DNA from: Candidatus Nanoarchaeia archaeon
GTDB taxonomy: Archaea > Nanobdellota > Nanobdellia > Woesearchaeales > ARS49
Assembly (NCBI GenBank): GCA_041489925.1
Contig: JBGPSD010000001.1
Span: forward strand, 4,930-68,929
DNA: 64,000 bases
Reading direction: 5' to 3'
Part shown: piece after piece, positions 56,269 to 64,000 of the stretch
How the letters are laid out: each line of letters opens with the position of its first letter
Position numbering within the stretch: the stretch's first letter is position 1
Program-made: the position numbers and the translations under genes
The notes under the pieces: generated by a model
Told to the model about the DNA's origin: nothing
Databases searched by the model: none
Seen by the model: the letters and a program-made list of their open reading frames with translations, nothing else

Positions 56269-58683
56269 ATGACACGCGAAACTGATTTTATTCTCTGGTT
56301 CAAGGACTTAAGGATAGAGGATGTGCCGCTGGTTGGCGGAAAGAATGCATCCCTTGGAGAGATGTACAGGGAGCTGACAAGAAAAGGAGTGAGGATTCCA
56401 AACGGATTTGCAATAACTGCTCACGCTTACAAGCATCTTTTGAAGCAATCGGGAATTGAGAAAGAAATGAGGGCCCTTCTCGAGGGTCTTGACGTGAAAA
56501 ACATGAGGCAGCTTTCGGAAAGGGGAAGGAAAATCCGCGAGCTGGTACGCAGGGCAGAGTTCCCAGACGACCTCAGGGACGCAATATTCAGGGCATACAC
56601 GCTTTTGAGCAAGGAATACCGCTCTAATGAGGTTGATGTTGCTGTCAGGAGCTCTGCAACAGCAGAAGACCTGCCTGAGGCAAGCTTCGCAGGCCAGCAG
56701 GAGACTTATCTTAACATAGTCGGCGAGCACGCACTGCTTGATGCCTGCAGGAACTGCTTTGCATCATTGTTCACAAACAGGGCGATTGCGTACAGGGCAG
56801 AAAAAGGCTTTGACCACTTCAAGGTCTACCTGAGCATAGGCGTCCAGAAGATGGCGAGGTCTGACCTGGCAAGCTCAGGAGTCATGTTCACACTGGACAC
56901 AGAGACAGGATTCCCGCATGTTTGCTTTGTGACAGGAAGCTATGGGCTTGGCGAGAATGTAGTGCAGGGAGCAGTCAACCCTGATGAATTCTACGTTTTC
57001 AAGCCGACTTTGAAAGAAGGATACAAACCGCTTATACAGAAAATAATCGGCGAAAAGGCAATAAAGATGATTTATGCCAATGAAGGCCCCCGCCCGACCA
57101 AAAACATTCCAACCCCTGATGAAGACAGAAAAAAGTTCTGCATTACTGATGACGAGGCATTGCAGCTGGCAAAGTGGGGGGTAATAATCGAGGAGCACTA
57201 CTCGCAGAAAAAAGGCAAATGGACTCCGATGGACATAGAATGGGCAAAGGACGGGCAGTCAGGAAAGCTGTTTATTGTGCAGGCGCGCCCTGAAACAGTC
57301 CAGAGCCAGAAGGCAAAGAACGTTCTTGAGGAATACAAGCTGAAGGAAAAAGGAAAAGTTCTCGCTGTCGGCAAGAGCGTGGGCAACAAGATAGGGCAGG
57401 GAGTCGCACAGGTAATCAAGGATGTCAAGGAAATCGCGCACTTCAAACCAGGCGATGTCTTGGTTACAGAAATGACAGACCCTGACTGGGTTCCGATAAT
57501 GAGGATGGCAAAGGCAATTGTCACGAATAAAGGCGGGCGAACCTGCCACGCGGCAATTGTTTCGCGCGAACTGGGAATTCCCTGTGTCGTTGGTACTCTT
57601 AACGGTACTGACAAGATAAGAAGCGGGCAAAAGATAACTGTCAGCTGCGCAGAAGGCGAAGACGGCCGGGTCTATGAGGGAATCCTGAAGTTTGAGATTG
57701 AGAAACTTGACCTCAAGCAGATGCCAAAGACAAGGACAAAGATTATGATGAATGTAGGCAACCCTGATGAGGCATTTGAGCTGAGCTTTATCCCGAACCA
57801 GGGAGTGGGGCTTGCGCGAATGGAGTTCGTGATTAACGAGTTCATCAGGATTCACCCAATGGCGCTTTTGCAGTTCAAGGAGCTTAAAGATGAGGAAGTC
57901 AAGAGAAAGATTGAATCGCTGACACACGGCTATTCCAACAAGGCTGACTTTTTCGTGGATAAATTGGCGCAGGGAATTGGAATAATTGCAGCAGCGTTCT
58001 ATCCAAATGATGTCATAGTCAGGATGAGCGACTTCAAGACAAATGAATACGCAAACCTGATTGGCGGAACTGTTTATGAGCCAAAGGAAGAAAACCCCAT
58101 GATAGGCTGGCGCGGGGCAAGCAGGTATTACCGCCCTGGCTACAGCCCGGCATTTGCTTTGGAATGCAAGGCGCTTAAGAGGGTGCGTGACGAATTCGGC
58201 CTGACCAATTTGAAAGCAATGGTGCCATTCTGCAGGACAGTTGATGAAGGAAAGAAAGTTATTGCTGAAATGAACAAGCACGGATTAAGACAGGGCAAGA
58301 ATGACCTTCAGATTTACGTTATGTGCGAGATTCCAAGCAACGTAATACTTGCAGAGGAGTTCAGCAAGATATTTGACGGATTCAGCATTGGTTCGAATGA
58401 TTTGACACAACTGACTCTCGGTCTGGACCGCGACAGCGCGATTGTCGCAGACCTTTTTGATGAAAGGAACGAGGCAGTAAAGAGAATGGTGGAGTATGCC
58501 ATCAAGACTGTGAAGTCCTGCCACAGGAAGATTGGAATCTGCGGAGACGCGCCATCAACGCACTCTGACTTTGCGCAGTTCCTTGTCAAGTGCGGCATTG
58601 ACTCAATTTCACTCAGCCCTGACGCAGTAATAAAGACAACTTTGAAGATTGCGGAAATGGAAAAGAAGCTCAGGCGCGGATAA
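56269..58683 (+). CDS. ppsA: phosphoenolpyruvate synthase (pyruvate, water dikinase)
   Basis: VGGKNASLGEM; GGRTCHAAIVSRELGIPCVVG; SIGSNDLTQL. Confidence 0.95.
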   Translation: MTRETDFILWFKDLRIEDVPLVGGKNASLGEMYRELTRKGVRIPNGFAITAHAYKHLLKQSGIEKEMRALLEGLDVKNMRQLSERGRKIRELVRRAEFPDDLRDAIFRAYTLLSKEYRSNEVDVAVRSSATAEDLPEASFAGQQETYLNIVGEHALLDACRNCFASLFTNRAIAYRAEKGFDHFKVYLSIGVQKMARSDLASSGVMFTLDTETGFPHVCFVTGSYGLGENVVQGAVNPDEFYVFKPTLKEGYKPLIQKIIGEKAIKMIYANEGPRPTKNIPTPDEDRKKFCITDDEALQLAKWGVIIEEHYSQKKGKWTPMDIEWAKDGQSGKLFIVQARPETVQSQKAKNVLEEYKLKEKGKVLAVGKSVGNKIGQGVAQVIKDVKEIAHFKPGDVLVTEMTDPDWVPIMRMAKAIVTNKGGRTCHAAIVSRELGIPCVVGTLNGTDKIRSGQKITVSCAEGEDGRVYEGILKFEIEKLDLKQMPKTRTKIMMNVGNPDEAFELSFIPNQGVGLARMEFVINEFIRIHPMALLQFKELKDEEVKRKIESLTHGYSNKADFFVDKLAQGIGIIAAAFYPNDVIVRMSDFKTNEYANLIGGTVYEPKEENPMIGWRGASRYYRPGYSPAFALECKALKRVRDEFGLTNLKAMVPFCRTVDEGKKVIAEMNKHGLRQGKNDLQIYVMCEIPSNVILAEEFSKIFDGFSIGSNDLTQLTLGLDRDSAIVADLFDERNEAVKRMVEYAIKTVKSCHRKIGICGDAPSTHSDFAQFLVKCGIDSISLSPDAVIKTTLKIAEMEKKLRRG

Positions 58684-59617
58684 TAACAATCTTCTTGTTC
58701 AGGTTTCTGTTGATGTTCCACTCAAATTCTCCGATAATATTCAGCTTTGCCTTCCTGATTAATGGCTTGTAATTGATTGTGTCAGGGAATCCGAGCACTG
58801 CCTTGCCCGTCAGGACCTGCTTGAGCATTGATAGGAACTTTGCGTAAAGCTCTTCAAGTCCTTTTGGCGGCGTGTTTCTGCCGTATGGAAGGTCTGCGAC
58901 AAGATATTTTGCTTTGGTGATGGTTAATGCGTTCTTTTTTTGCAGTTTGTAGCGCTTTATTCCGTAGCCCTCAAGGTTTTTGACTGCTTTTGACAATAAT
59001 TCAGGCTCAATGTCATAGCCAACCGGTGTTAATCCCATCAAGCCTGCTTCAATTAAGGTTCCTCCTGCGCCGCAAAACGGGTCAATAAGCTCTCCTTTTG
59101 TGATTCCTGTGAGGTTTACCATTGCCCTTGCTATCTGCGGGTGCGTCCCTGTGGGATGAGGTGCAGGCCATTTATGCACTTTCCTACTTTCAAAGTCCTC
59201 TGTATTCTGCCACAAGAGCTTTCCTGCAATCACTTTGCCGCCGATAAAGAAGAAATTAAACCAAGTTTTTGGGTTTTTCATCTCTGCCTTTGAGTTTTTG
59301 ATTTTTTCCGCAACCTGCTTGGCTATTGCGCGCTCAATGCAGGAGTCAACATGGTGGCAGGTGACCTTGAAGTTCTTCCTGTAATGCTTCTGCCAGTTGA
59401 ATCCTGAGATTTTTCTGCCCAGTTGAGAGCGGTTGCAGGCAAAAAGAAACTCATAAGCAGAATGCGAGAGCCCAAGGCGGTGAAAATCAGCAGATTTTGC
59501 ATCTGCAGCAAGAATTTCATTGCCATAAAGCGCGACTTTCCTTCCTTTGGCAACTTCCAGGGCTTCAGCTGAGGCAATATCTGCGTAGCGCTTGTACAGT
59601 TGGAAGAAAACTTTCAT
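58670..59617 (-). CDS. tRNA (guanine-N2)-methyltransferase, aTrm11/TrmG10-like
   Basis: PQIARAMVNL; DPFCGAGGTLIEA; VADLPYG. Confidence 0.75.
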   Translation of the reverse strand: MKVFFQLYKRYADIASAEALEVAKGRKVALYGNEILAADAKSADFHRLGLSHSAYEFLFACNRSQLGRKISGFNWQKHYRKNFKVTCHHVDSCIERAIAKQVAEKIKNSKAEMKNPKTWFNFFFIGGKVIAGKLLWQNTEDFESRKVHKWPAPHPTGTHPQIARAMVNLTGITKGELIDPFCGAGGTLIEAGLMGLTPVGYDIEPELLSKAVKNLEGYGIKRYKLQKKNALTITKAKYLVADLPYGRNTPPKGLEELYAKFLSMLKQVLTGKAVLGFPDTINYKPLIRKAKLNIIGEFEWNINRNLNKKIVIIRA

Positions 59618-60141
59618 TTCTTCTTCTGGAGAAGCTTCTTTGCCTGCCTGTTGACCAGGTACAGCACGACAAAGAACGTTACCACCATCAGTATGAATCC
59701 AATCTTTGTCCTTGCATAATCCCAGTAACTGACAGTTGCAGCGAATGCAGTGACTACTGTGCCAATGAAGACACCCATAAGCACTGCGTCAGCGAGCGGA
59801 AGCAGCATCGCAAGCACCAGAATCACAAGGTTGAAGCCTGTTATCAATGAATATTTCCATCCATTGTAAACATTGCGCTCCTCGTTCCATGCCTGTTCTG
59901 CAACGCGCTGCGTTGCAAGGCACGCATTTGTCTTGGCTTCCTGCTCTGCAGTCATTGATTTTTGCTGTGCTTCAGTCAGTTGGGCATTTGGAGGATATTG
60001 TGCATAGCATTCCTGTGTTCCCCGAAAGGAATCTTCTGTCCCTGTAAATTTCGGGAAGAAAACATTAGCCCCAAGGAAAACCATAGGGACATAGAGCAGT
60101 GCGATAATCAATACGTACAAGAGTTTTATCCAGTTTGCCAT
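59614..60141 (-). CDS. membrane protein
   Basis: 175-aa ORF, N-terminal TM plus 3 C-terminal TMs; 4-nt overlap with the downstream gene. Confidence 0.5.
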   Translation of the reverse strand: MANWIKLLYVLIIALLYVPMVFLGANVFFPKFTGTEDSFRGTQECYAQYPPNAQLTEAQQKSMTAEQEAKTNACLATQRVAEQAWNEERNVYNGWKYSLITGFNLVILVLAMLLPLADAVLMGVFIGTVVTAFAATVSYWDYARTKIGFILMVVTFFVVLYLVNRQAKKLLQKKK

Positions 60142-60180
60142 AATAGCGGGTTAAGAAGAGGGGATTATAAATTTAACTGA

Positions 60181-60993
60181 TTACTGGGGCTTCTTGTATA
60201 TTTCATCAAGAGCCCTGAGGACATTGTTAAAGCTCTTTTTGCCGTCTGTTGGAGGAATACTGCGTGTCAGGCAGACTGGCTTTTCTGCCATGAATGCCAT
60301 TCCAAGGTCAAACTTGTTGTCATTATTATTGCATGTCCACAAAACATGAACATCCCTTGATTTTTCCATTGCAGCCCTGCGCGCGCTATATGCCGCAATG
60401 CAGGTTACGTCGTCAATTGCATCTTCTCTTGGCGGATAATACACATGAGTGCCAAAGGACTCAAGAGCACGCACGTAATCCTCAATAAAATCCCTGTTAA
60501 GAAAATCCTTCCATTCAGGGCAAAGAATGTAAGCCATGTGCTCATCAGGCCATTTTCTGGCAACAGGGTTTGGCGGCACACCAGAAAGACCGTCAAGCGC
60601 AAGCACAAAGTTTGCAAGGCTTGGATAGGGTGTTGTTTTAACAGCTTCCCTGTTGACTATTTTCAAAGGCTTTCTTGCCATGAACCCCATTCCCAGGTCA
60701 AACTTGCTTCCGTCGCTGCCAGGGGTCCAGTACAAATGGACCTCGCTTGCATTTCTTATTACATCCCGGTTCTGCTCGCACATTTTCATCCCGATAGGAT
60801 CGCCCTGTTTTGTGTCCCAGAGCGGATAATGCACTTTTTTGCCCTGAGCCTCAAGCTGCGCCACATAATACATCAGAAAGACTTCATCAGGATATTGTGA
60901 ATCACGAACAGGACTGATTAAGAACACATTGTTTTCCGAAGAGTTGGTTTTGCTCACAAAAACGCAACTGGCAAGGTCAATAAAAAGCTTCAC
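60181..60993 (-). CDS. protein with two tandem nucleoside 2-deoxyribosyltransferase/DUF4406-like Rossmannoid repeats
   Basis: Repeat signatures VHLYWTPGSDGSKFDLGMGFMARKP and VHVLWTCNNNDNKFDLGMAFMAEKP. Confidence 0.45.
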   Translation of the reverse strand: MKLFIDLASCVFVSKTNSSENNVFLISPVRDSQYPDEVFLMYYVAQLEAQGKKVHYPLWDTKQGDPIGMKMCEQNRDVIRNASEVHLYWTPGSDGSKFDLGMGFMARKPLKIVNREAVKTTPYPSLANFVLALDGLSGVPPNPVARKWPDEHMAYILCPEWKDFLNRDFIEDYVRALESFGTHVYYPPREDAIDDVTCIAAYSARRAAMEKSRDVHVLWTCNNNDNKFDLGMAFMAEKPVCLTRSIPPTDGKKSFNNVLRALDEIYKKPQ

Positions 60994-61023
60994 ATTTACA
61001 ATATGGAAAAATATTAATACTTA

Positions 61024-61365
61024 ATGGGCGGAAACAACAGTATGCCACGCGGAAGACCAATCAGATCAGAGATTCGGCAAGGTATGGTTGAAATTCTCGC
61101 GGTAAAGGGCTCTGCGTATGGTTATGAGCTTGCGAAGATTTACAACGCGATTTTCCCGCAGTGCACGCGCGAAAATGTATATTATCACCTGCGCAAGGGA
61201 ACCGCAATAGGCGAGTTTGTCGTCAAGGAGATAAAGGAAGAGCACGGCGAATACTCATGGGGCTCTGTTGTTGAGAAGAAATACTATGCGCTTGGACCAA
61301 ATGCAAAGCCTGTTGGAAATGAGCGTGTTAAGAAATTCTTTGAAGGGAAGAAAGAGAATCAATGA
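61024..61365 (+). CDS. PadR-like wHTH regulator
   Basis: GSAYGYELAKIY.......VYYHLRKGTAIGEF. Confidence 0.55.
   Translation: MGGNNSMPRGRPIRSEIRQGMVEILAVKGSAYGYELAKIYNAIFPQCTRENVYYHLRKGTAIGEFVVKEIKEEHGEYSWGSVVEKKYYALGPNAKPVGNERVKKFFEGKKENQ
61317..61353. repeat. 37-bp direct repeat, left copy (3' end of the PadR-like gene)
   Basis: aaatgAgcgtgttaagaaAttctttgaagggaagaaa versus the 61819-61855 copy, 2 mismatches. Confidence 0.9.
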
Positions 61366-61808
61366 AGTTCTTTAATACTGACTGGATTCGCACGATATTT
61401 AGGGTCACGATATGGGTGATATGTGATTTCAAATGTCTTATTTTCACACTCCCGCACAAAAACACATGATCTATTTCCTAACAATGAGTTTCTAAGACTT
61501 TCAAGCGGTAAACCTACATCAGGATCATGCAAAAGATGAATCTCACCCAGGATTTCTTTCAACAGGATGTGCGCAAGAGGTGCATCATAGCCCTCAGAAT
61601 CCTGATAAAGAAATTCATACTTTAGGCCTTCAGAACGTTCGTAAAGCTCGTTGCGATCAATTTTTCCATTGATTGCATCGTTAACTATATTGCCCAGACG
61701 CTCTTCCAAATCAACATTTCGTTGTGTATTGTGTGCCAGTGTTTGCCCCACAATACCTAGAAATGTTTCGCAATATTTAACACTTTGGACATTTGAGGAA
61801 GGAACCAT
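61359..61808 (-). CDS. hypothetical protein carried on the DR-flanked insert
   Basis: 149-aa ORF lying entirely between the two repeat copies. Confidence 0.55.
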   Translation of the reverse strand: MVPSSNVQSVKYCETFLGIVGQTLAHNTQRNVDLEERLGNIVNDAINGKIDRNELYERSEGLKYEFLYQDSEGYDAPLAHILLKEILGEIHLLHDPDVGLPLESLRNSLLGNRSCVFVRECENKTFEITYHPYRDPKYRANPVSIKELH

Positions 61809-61818
61809 GCACTATTAA

Positions 61819-61855
61819 AAATGCGCGTGTTAAGAAGTTCTTTGAAGGGAAGAAA
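61819..61855. repeat. 37-bp direct repeat, right copy
   Basis: aaatgCgcgtgttaagaaGttctttgaagggaagaaa followed by TAA; encodes RVKKFFEGKK*, the same as the PadR C-terminus. Confidence 0.9.
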
Positions 61856-61858
61856 TAA

Positions 61859-62356
61859 TTAATGGCACTTGCCGATGCATTGCGCTGTGCAGAATTCTAT
61901 GAACTTTGGCTCGCAGACTCTCGCGCTCCTCAATGAGCACGCTGTGGAGCAGGCGCTTGGGTCGATTATCTGGCCGCAGCTCTGCTTGCAGTCAGCGCCG
62001 CTTGGCTTGTTGCAGGAGTATGTTGCAGAAATCTTGCATGAGGAATCGCAATTGTCAATGCACGCCTTGTAAGGGTCTGCCGCTGGCTTGCTTTCAGGGA
62101 TGATTATTACCTGAGGCTCTGGCCTTGGAAGAACATTAGTGGGAATTCCGCTCGGAGGAACTGGCGCAGGCTTTGGCTGGGCAGCGGGCTGTGCGGCAAC
62201 AGGCTGTGACACTGGCTCGCTTGTAACGACAACATCCTTGGGGCCTGTCTGCTCCTGAGTGATTATTGCGCCGCCTGTGGGCGATGTCTGGCAGCCAAGC
62301 AGGGCTATCACAAGAACGCATGCCACAATGCTAATGAATGAAGCCTTTGACAACAT
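61859..62356 (-). CDS. lipoprotein-like Pro-rich / Cys-rich secreted protein
   Basis: IVACVLVIALLGC lipobox; Pro-rich linker; 16 Cys in the C-terminal 70 aa. Confidence 0.55.
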   Translation of the reverse strand: MLSKASFISIVACVLVIALLGCQTSPTGGAIITQEQTGPKDVVVTSEPVSQPVAAQPAAQPKPAPVPPSGIPTNVLPRPEPQVIIIPESKPAADPYKACIDNCDSSCKISATYSCNKPSGADCKQSCGQIIDPSACSTACSLRSARVCEPKFIEFCTAQCIGKCH

Positions 62357-63503
62357 TTATGACCACCAGCAGCAAAAACGCGATGCTGATAAACCTCGAG
62401 ACTTTCAAACCCACCGGTAGCTTAAAAAGCTTTTGCATTGCGAGCTGCAGCATCCTTCCGCCATCAATAGGGCCGATGGGCAGGAGGTTGAACAAGCCGA
62501 TGCCGAGGCTCAAAAGGAAGAGCCAGTACAGCAGGCCGAAAAGCCACAAGATTATCGGCACAGACCACTCGCCGTATTTTTCCTTGAATGGCGGCTTTAT
62601 CTCTGCGTGCTGCCTTGAAAACACCCCCAGATAGACTTTGGACTCATTCTTCGGGTTTTTTACGAGCGCAACATTGTATGTTGCGTTCCTTGTCTGCAAG
62701 GCAATTGTGTCGCCTGGATTTTTTGCGGATAGTGCTGTGCTGAGGTTGTCAAGGTAAGTTGTTGGAAGGCTGTCAATTGATGTTATAATCTCGTCTTTCT
62801 GCATTCCTGCCAAAGCAGCAGGGCTTCCTGTTTCTACGCTGGTTATCCTAACGCCGTCAGGCAAAAGCATTGACTGCGCCAATGGGTTTGCGGCAAAAAT
62901 GACAATCAGGAAAATAATCCCTGCCATGACAAGGTTTGCGAAAGGCCCTGCGGCAAAAACGCTCAACTGCCTGAATTTGGACTGTTTCTGCAGGTATGCT
63001 TCGTCAGGCTCGACAAAAGCAGCAGGAACAATCGGGACAATCACCCCAAGGAATGCAAGCCCTGCGTTCCTGACAGGCATTTTGTAAATCCTCGCAGCAA
63101 TGCCGTGGCAGAACTCGTGCACTCCTGCGATAAGGAAAATGCTCAGCAGCCAGTAGACAAAAGGAACGAAAAACACGCCCTCTGCCTGGAATGGAAGCAC
63201 TGGCTGGATTCCGGGGGCTGCTCCGGGTGAAATGAAAAGCAGGGCAGTGGTCCTGATTAACTCATAGCTTATCATCAGCATTCCTGCAAAGCCTGCCACA
63301 ATCCCGATGCCGAAGAACCACGACCAGAACCTCGGCATCATCTGCGCGAGCCTGTCCATGAACTTCAGCCCCTTCTGGGTGCGCCACATCACAAAGTACA
63401 GTATTGGAAAAATCCCCTGCATCTGGATGTTCTTGCGCTGCAGCACAGAAAAAAGAATCATCAGGAGGATAAACGCGATAAGCAGAATGTATTGGGAGTC
63501 CAT
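62331..63503 (-). CDS. site-2 protease (M50 metalloprotease) with PDZ domain
   Basis: HEFCHGIAA; NLLPIGPIDGG; PDZ-like GSPAALAGMQKDEIITSID. Confidence 0.85.
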   Translation of the reverse strand: MDSQYILLIAFILLMILFSVLQRKNIQMQGIFPILYFVMWRTQKGLKFMDRLAQMMPRFWSWFFGIGIVAGFAGMLMISYELIRTTALLFISPGAAPGIQPVLPFQAEGVFFVPFVYWLLSIFLIAGVHEFCHGIAARIYKMPVRNAGLAFLGVIVPIVPAAFVEPDEAYLQKQSKFRQLSVFAAGPFANLVMAGIIFLIVIFAANPLAQSMLLPDGVRITSVETGSPAALAGMQKDEIITSIDSLPTTYLDNLSTALSAKNPGDTIALQTRNATYNVALVKNPKNESKVYLGVFSRQHAEIKPPFKEKYGEWSVPIILWLFGLLYWLFLLSLGIGLFNLLPIGPIDGGRMLQLAMQKLFKLPVGLKVSRFISIAFLLLVVINVVKGFIH

Positions 63504-63535
63504 TAGAGAACAGGCAATCTACTCGTATAAAAGGT

Positions 63536-63697
63536 TTACTTCTTGCGCTTTGGCTTGAAGTGCTTGTTCTGGCATTTCCTGCACTTAACAGCGCCTTCTG
63601 CTATCTTCCTGTTTGGGGCGTTGATTACAGACTTGCATCTCCTGCAGACAAACTTGTTGCGGAACATCCGCGCGTCAGCTTCTGGGAACTTGACCAT
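63536..63697 (-). CDS. rpl40e: ribosomal protein eL40 (53 aa; below the ORF-track cutoff)
   Basis: Manual translation MVKFPEADARMFRNKFVCRRCKSVINAPNRKIAEGAVKCRKCQNKHFKPKRKK; C4 ribbon; the ATG overlaps the aIF5A stop (TAATG). Confidence 0.8.
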   Translation of the reverse strand: MVKFPEADARMFRNKFVCRRCKSVINAPNRKIAEGAVKCRKCQNKHFKPKRKK

Positions 63698-64000
63698 TAG
63701 TCAGCACTGCTCTTGATTTGCTTCATTACCTTATCGCCCAGTATGATCCAGTACAAAACCTGGCATCCCTCGACAACACCTTCCTTCATATCCGCAGGTA
63801 TTGCCAAATCAAATGTTTCGTATGTCTCTGTGTCCATAACGTTTGCCTTGTCTCCGGTAACGCTAAGGACCTGGGCTGTCTTCTTCTCTATGAGTGGAAC
63901 TTCGACGTTGTCGTGGCCTGGCATGATGACTTCGCGCTTCTTTTCATCAATCAGCCCTATTGCGACAAGGCGGACTTTTGCGTGGCCGTGCTTTCCTGAC
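63697..64000 (-). CDS. eif5a: translation initiation factor aIF5A (N-terminus outside window)
   Basis: Hypusine loop SGKHGHAKV encoded at 63960-64000; OB-fold C-domain. Confidence 0.9.
   Translation of the reverse strand, partial: SGKHGHAKVRLVAIGLIDEKKREVIMPGHDNVEVPLIEKKTAQVLSVTGDKANVMDTETYETFDLAIPADMKEGVVEGCQVLYWIILGDKVMKQIKSSAD

Noticed and set aside
57259-58281. 340-aa minus-strand ORF
   Set aside because: It lies entirely antisense to PEP synthase, whose catalytic motifs are unambiguous, and it has no motifs of its own.

Overview
Archaeal chromosome segment, gene-dense on both strands. Archaeal identity rests on Kae1, membrane LonB, aIF5A, eL40, eL33, eS24, eS31, Spt4, Rpo7, Rpo11, the uL1-P0-P1 stalk operon, a class I CCA enzyme and a PAC2 chaperone. 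Small proteins, bacterial-type genes (RsmE, class III cyclase) and an atypical 16S suggest a DPANN-like lineage, but that is a low-confidence guess.

The window opens inside a 16S-tRNAAla(UGC)-23S operon with a visible 23S processing stem and no linked 5S. Ordinary content follows:
- a MacB-type ABC operon
- surface proteins (HYR repeats, S-layer-type)
- GH15, Kae1, LonB, Lrp and TrmB regulators
- UPP synthase, PEP synthase, aTrm11, an S2P protease
- two ribosomal/transcription clusters

The non-ordinary content I rank highest:
1. At the window centre (30.6-36.7 kb), a convergent pair of very large coiled-coil proteins. One has five predicted TM helices. The other has an apparently inactivated phosphoesterase head. 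Two small membrane proteins are transcribed divergently beside them.
2. A 3.6 kb gene-poor island (37.5-41.1 kb). It holds 0.9 kb of non-coding DNA, three coiled-coil/wHTH genes and a roughly 450 bp strand-biased array of GGGAAT/GGGAC motifs. The array includes three perfect 20-bp direct repeats and ORB-like dyads. This could be a replication origin or iteron region, or an integrated-element remnant.
3. A family of small Cys-rich proteins with pilin-type (class III-like) signal peptides.
4. A 72-nt three-way-junction RNA structure between the P0 and P1 genes.
5. Two insertion scars: a 502-bp cassette flanked by 37-bp direct repeats, and an AT-rich methyltransferase that truncates a paralog.
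6. An orphan three-gene operon beginning with a HicA-like gene, next to the rRNA operon.

All protein family calls come from motif recognition by eye. No searches were run.
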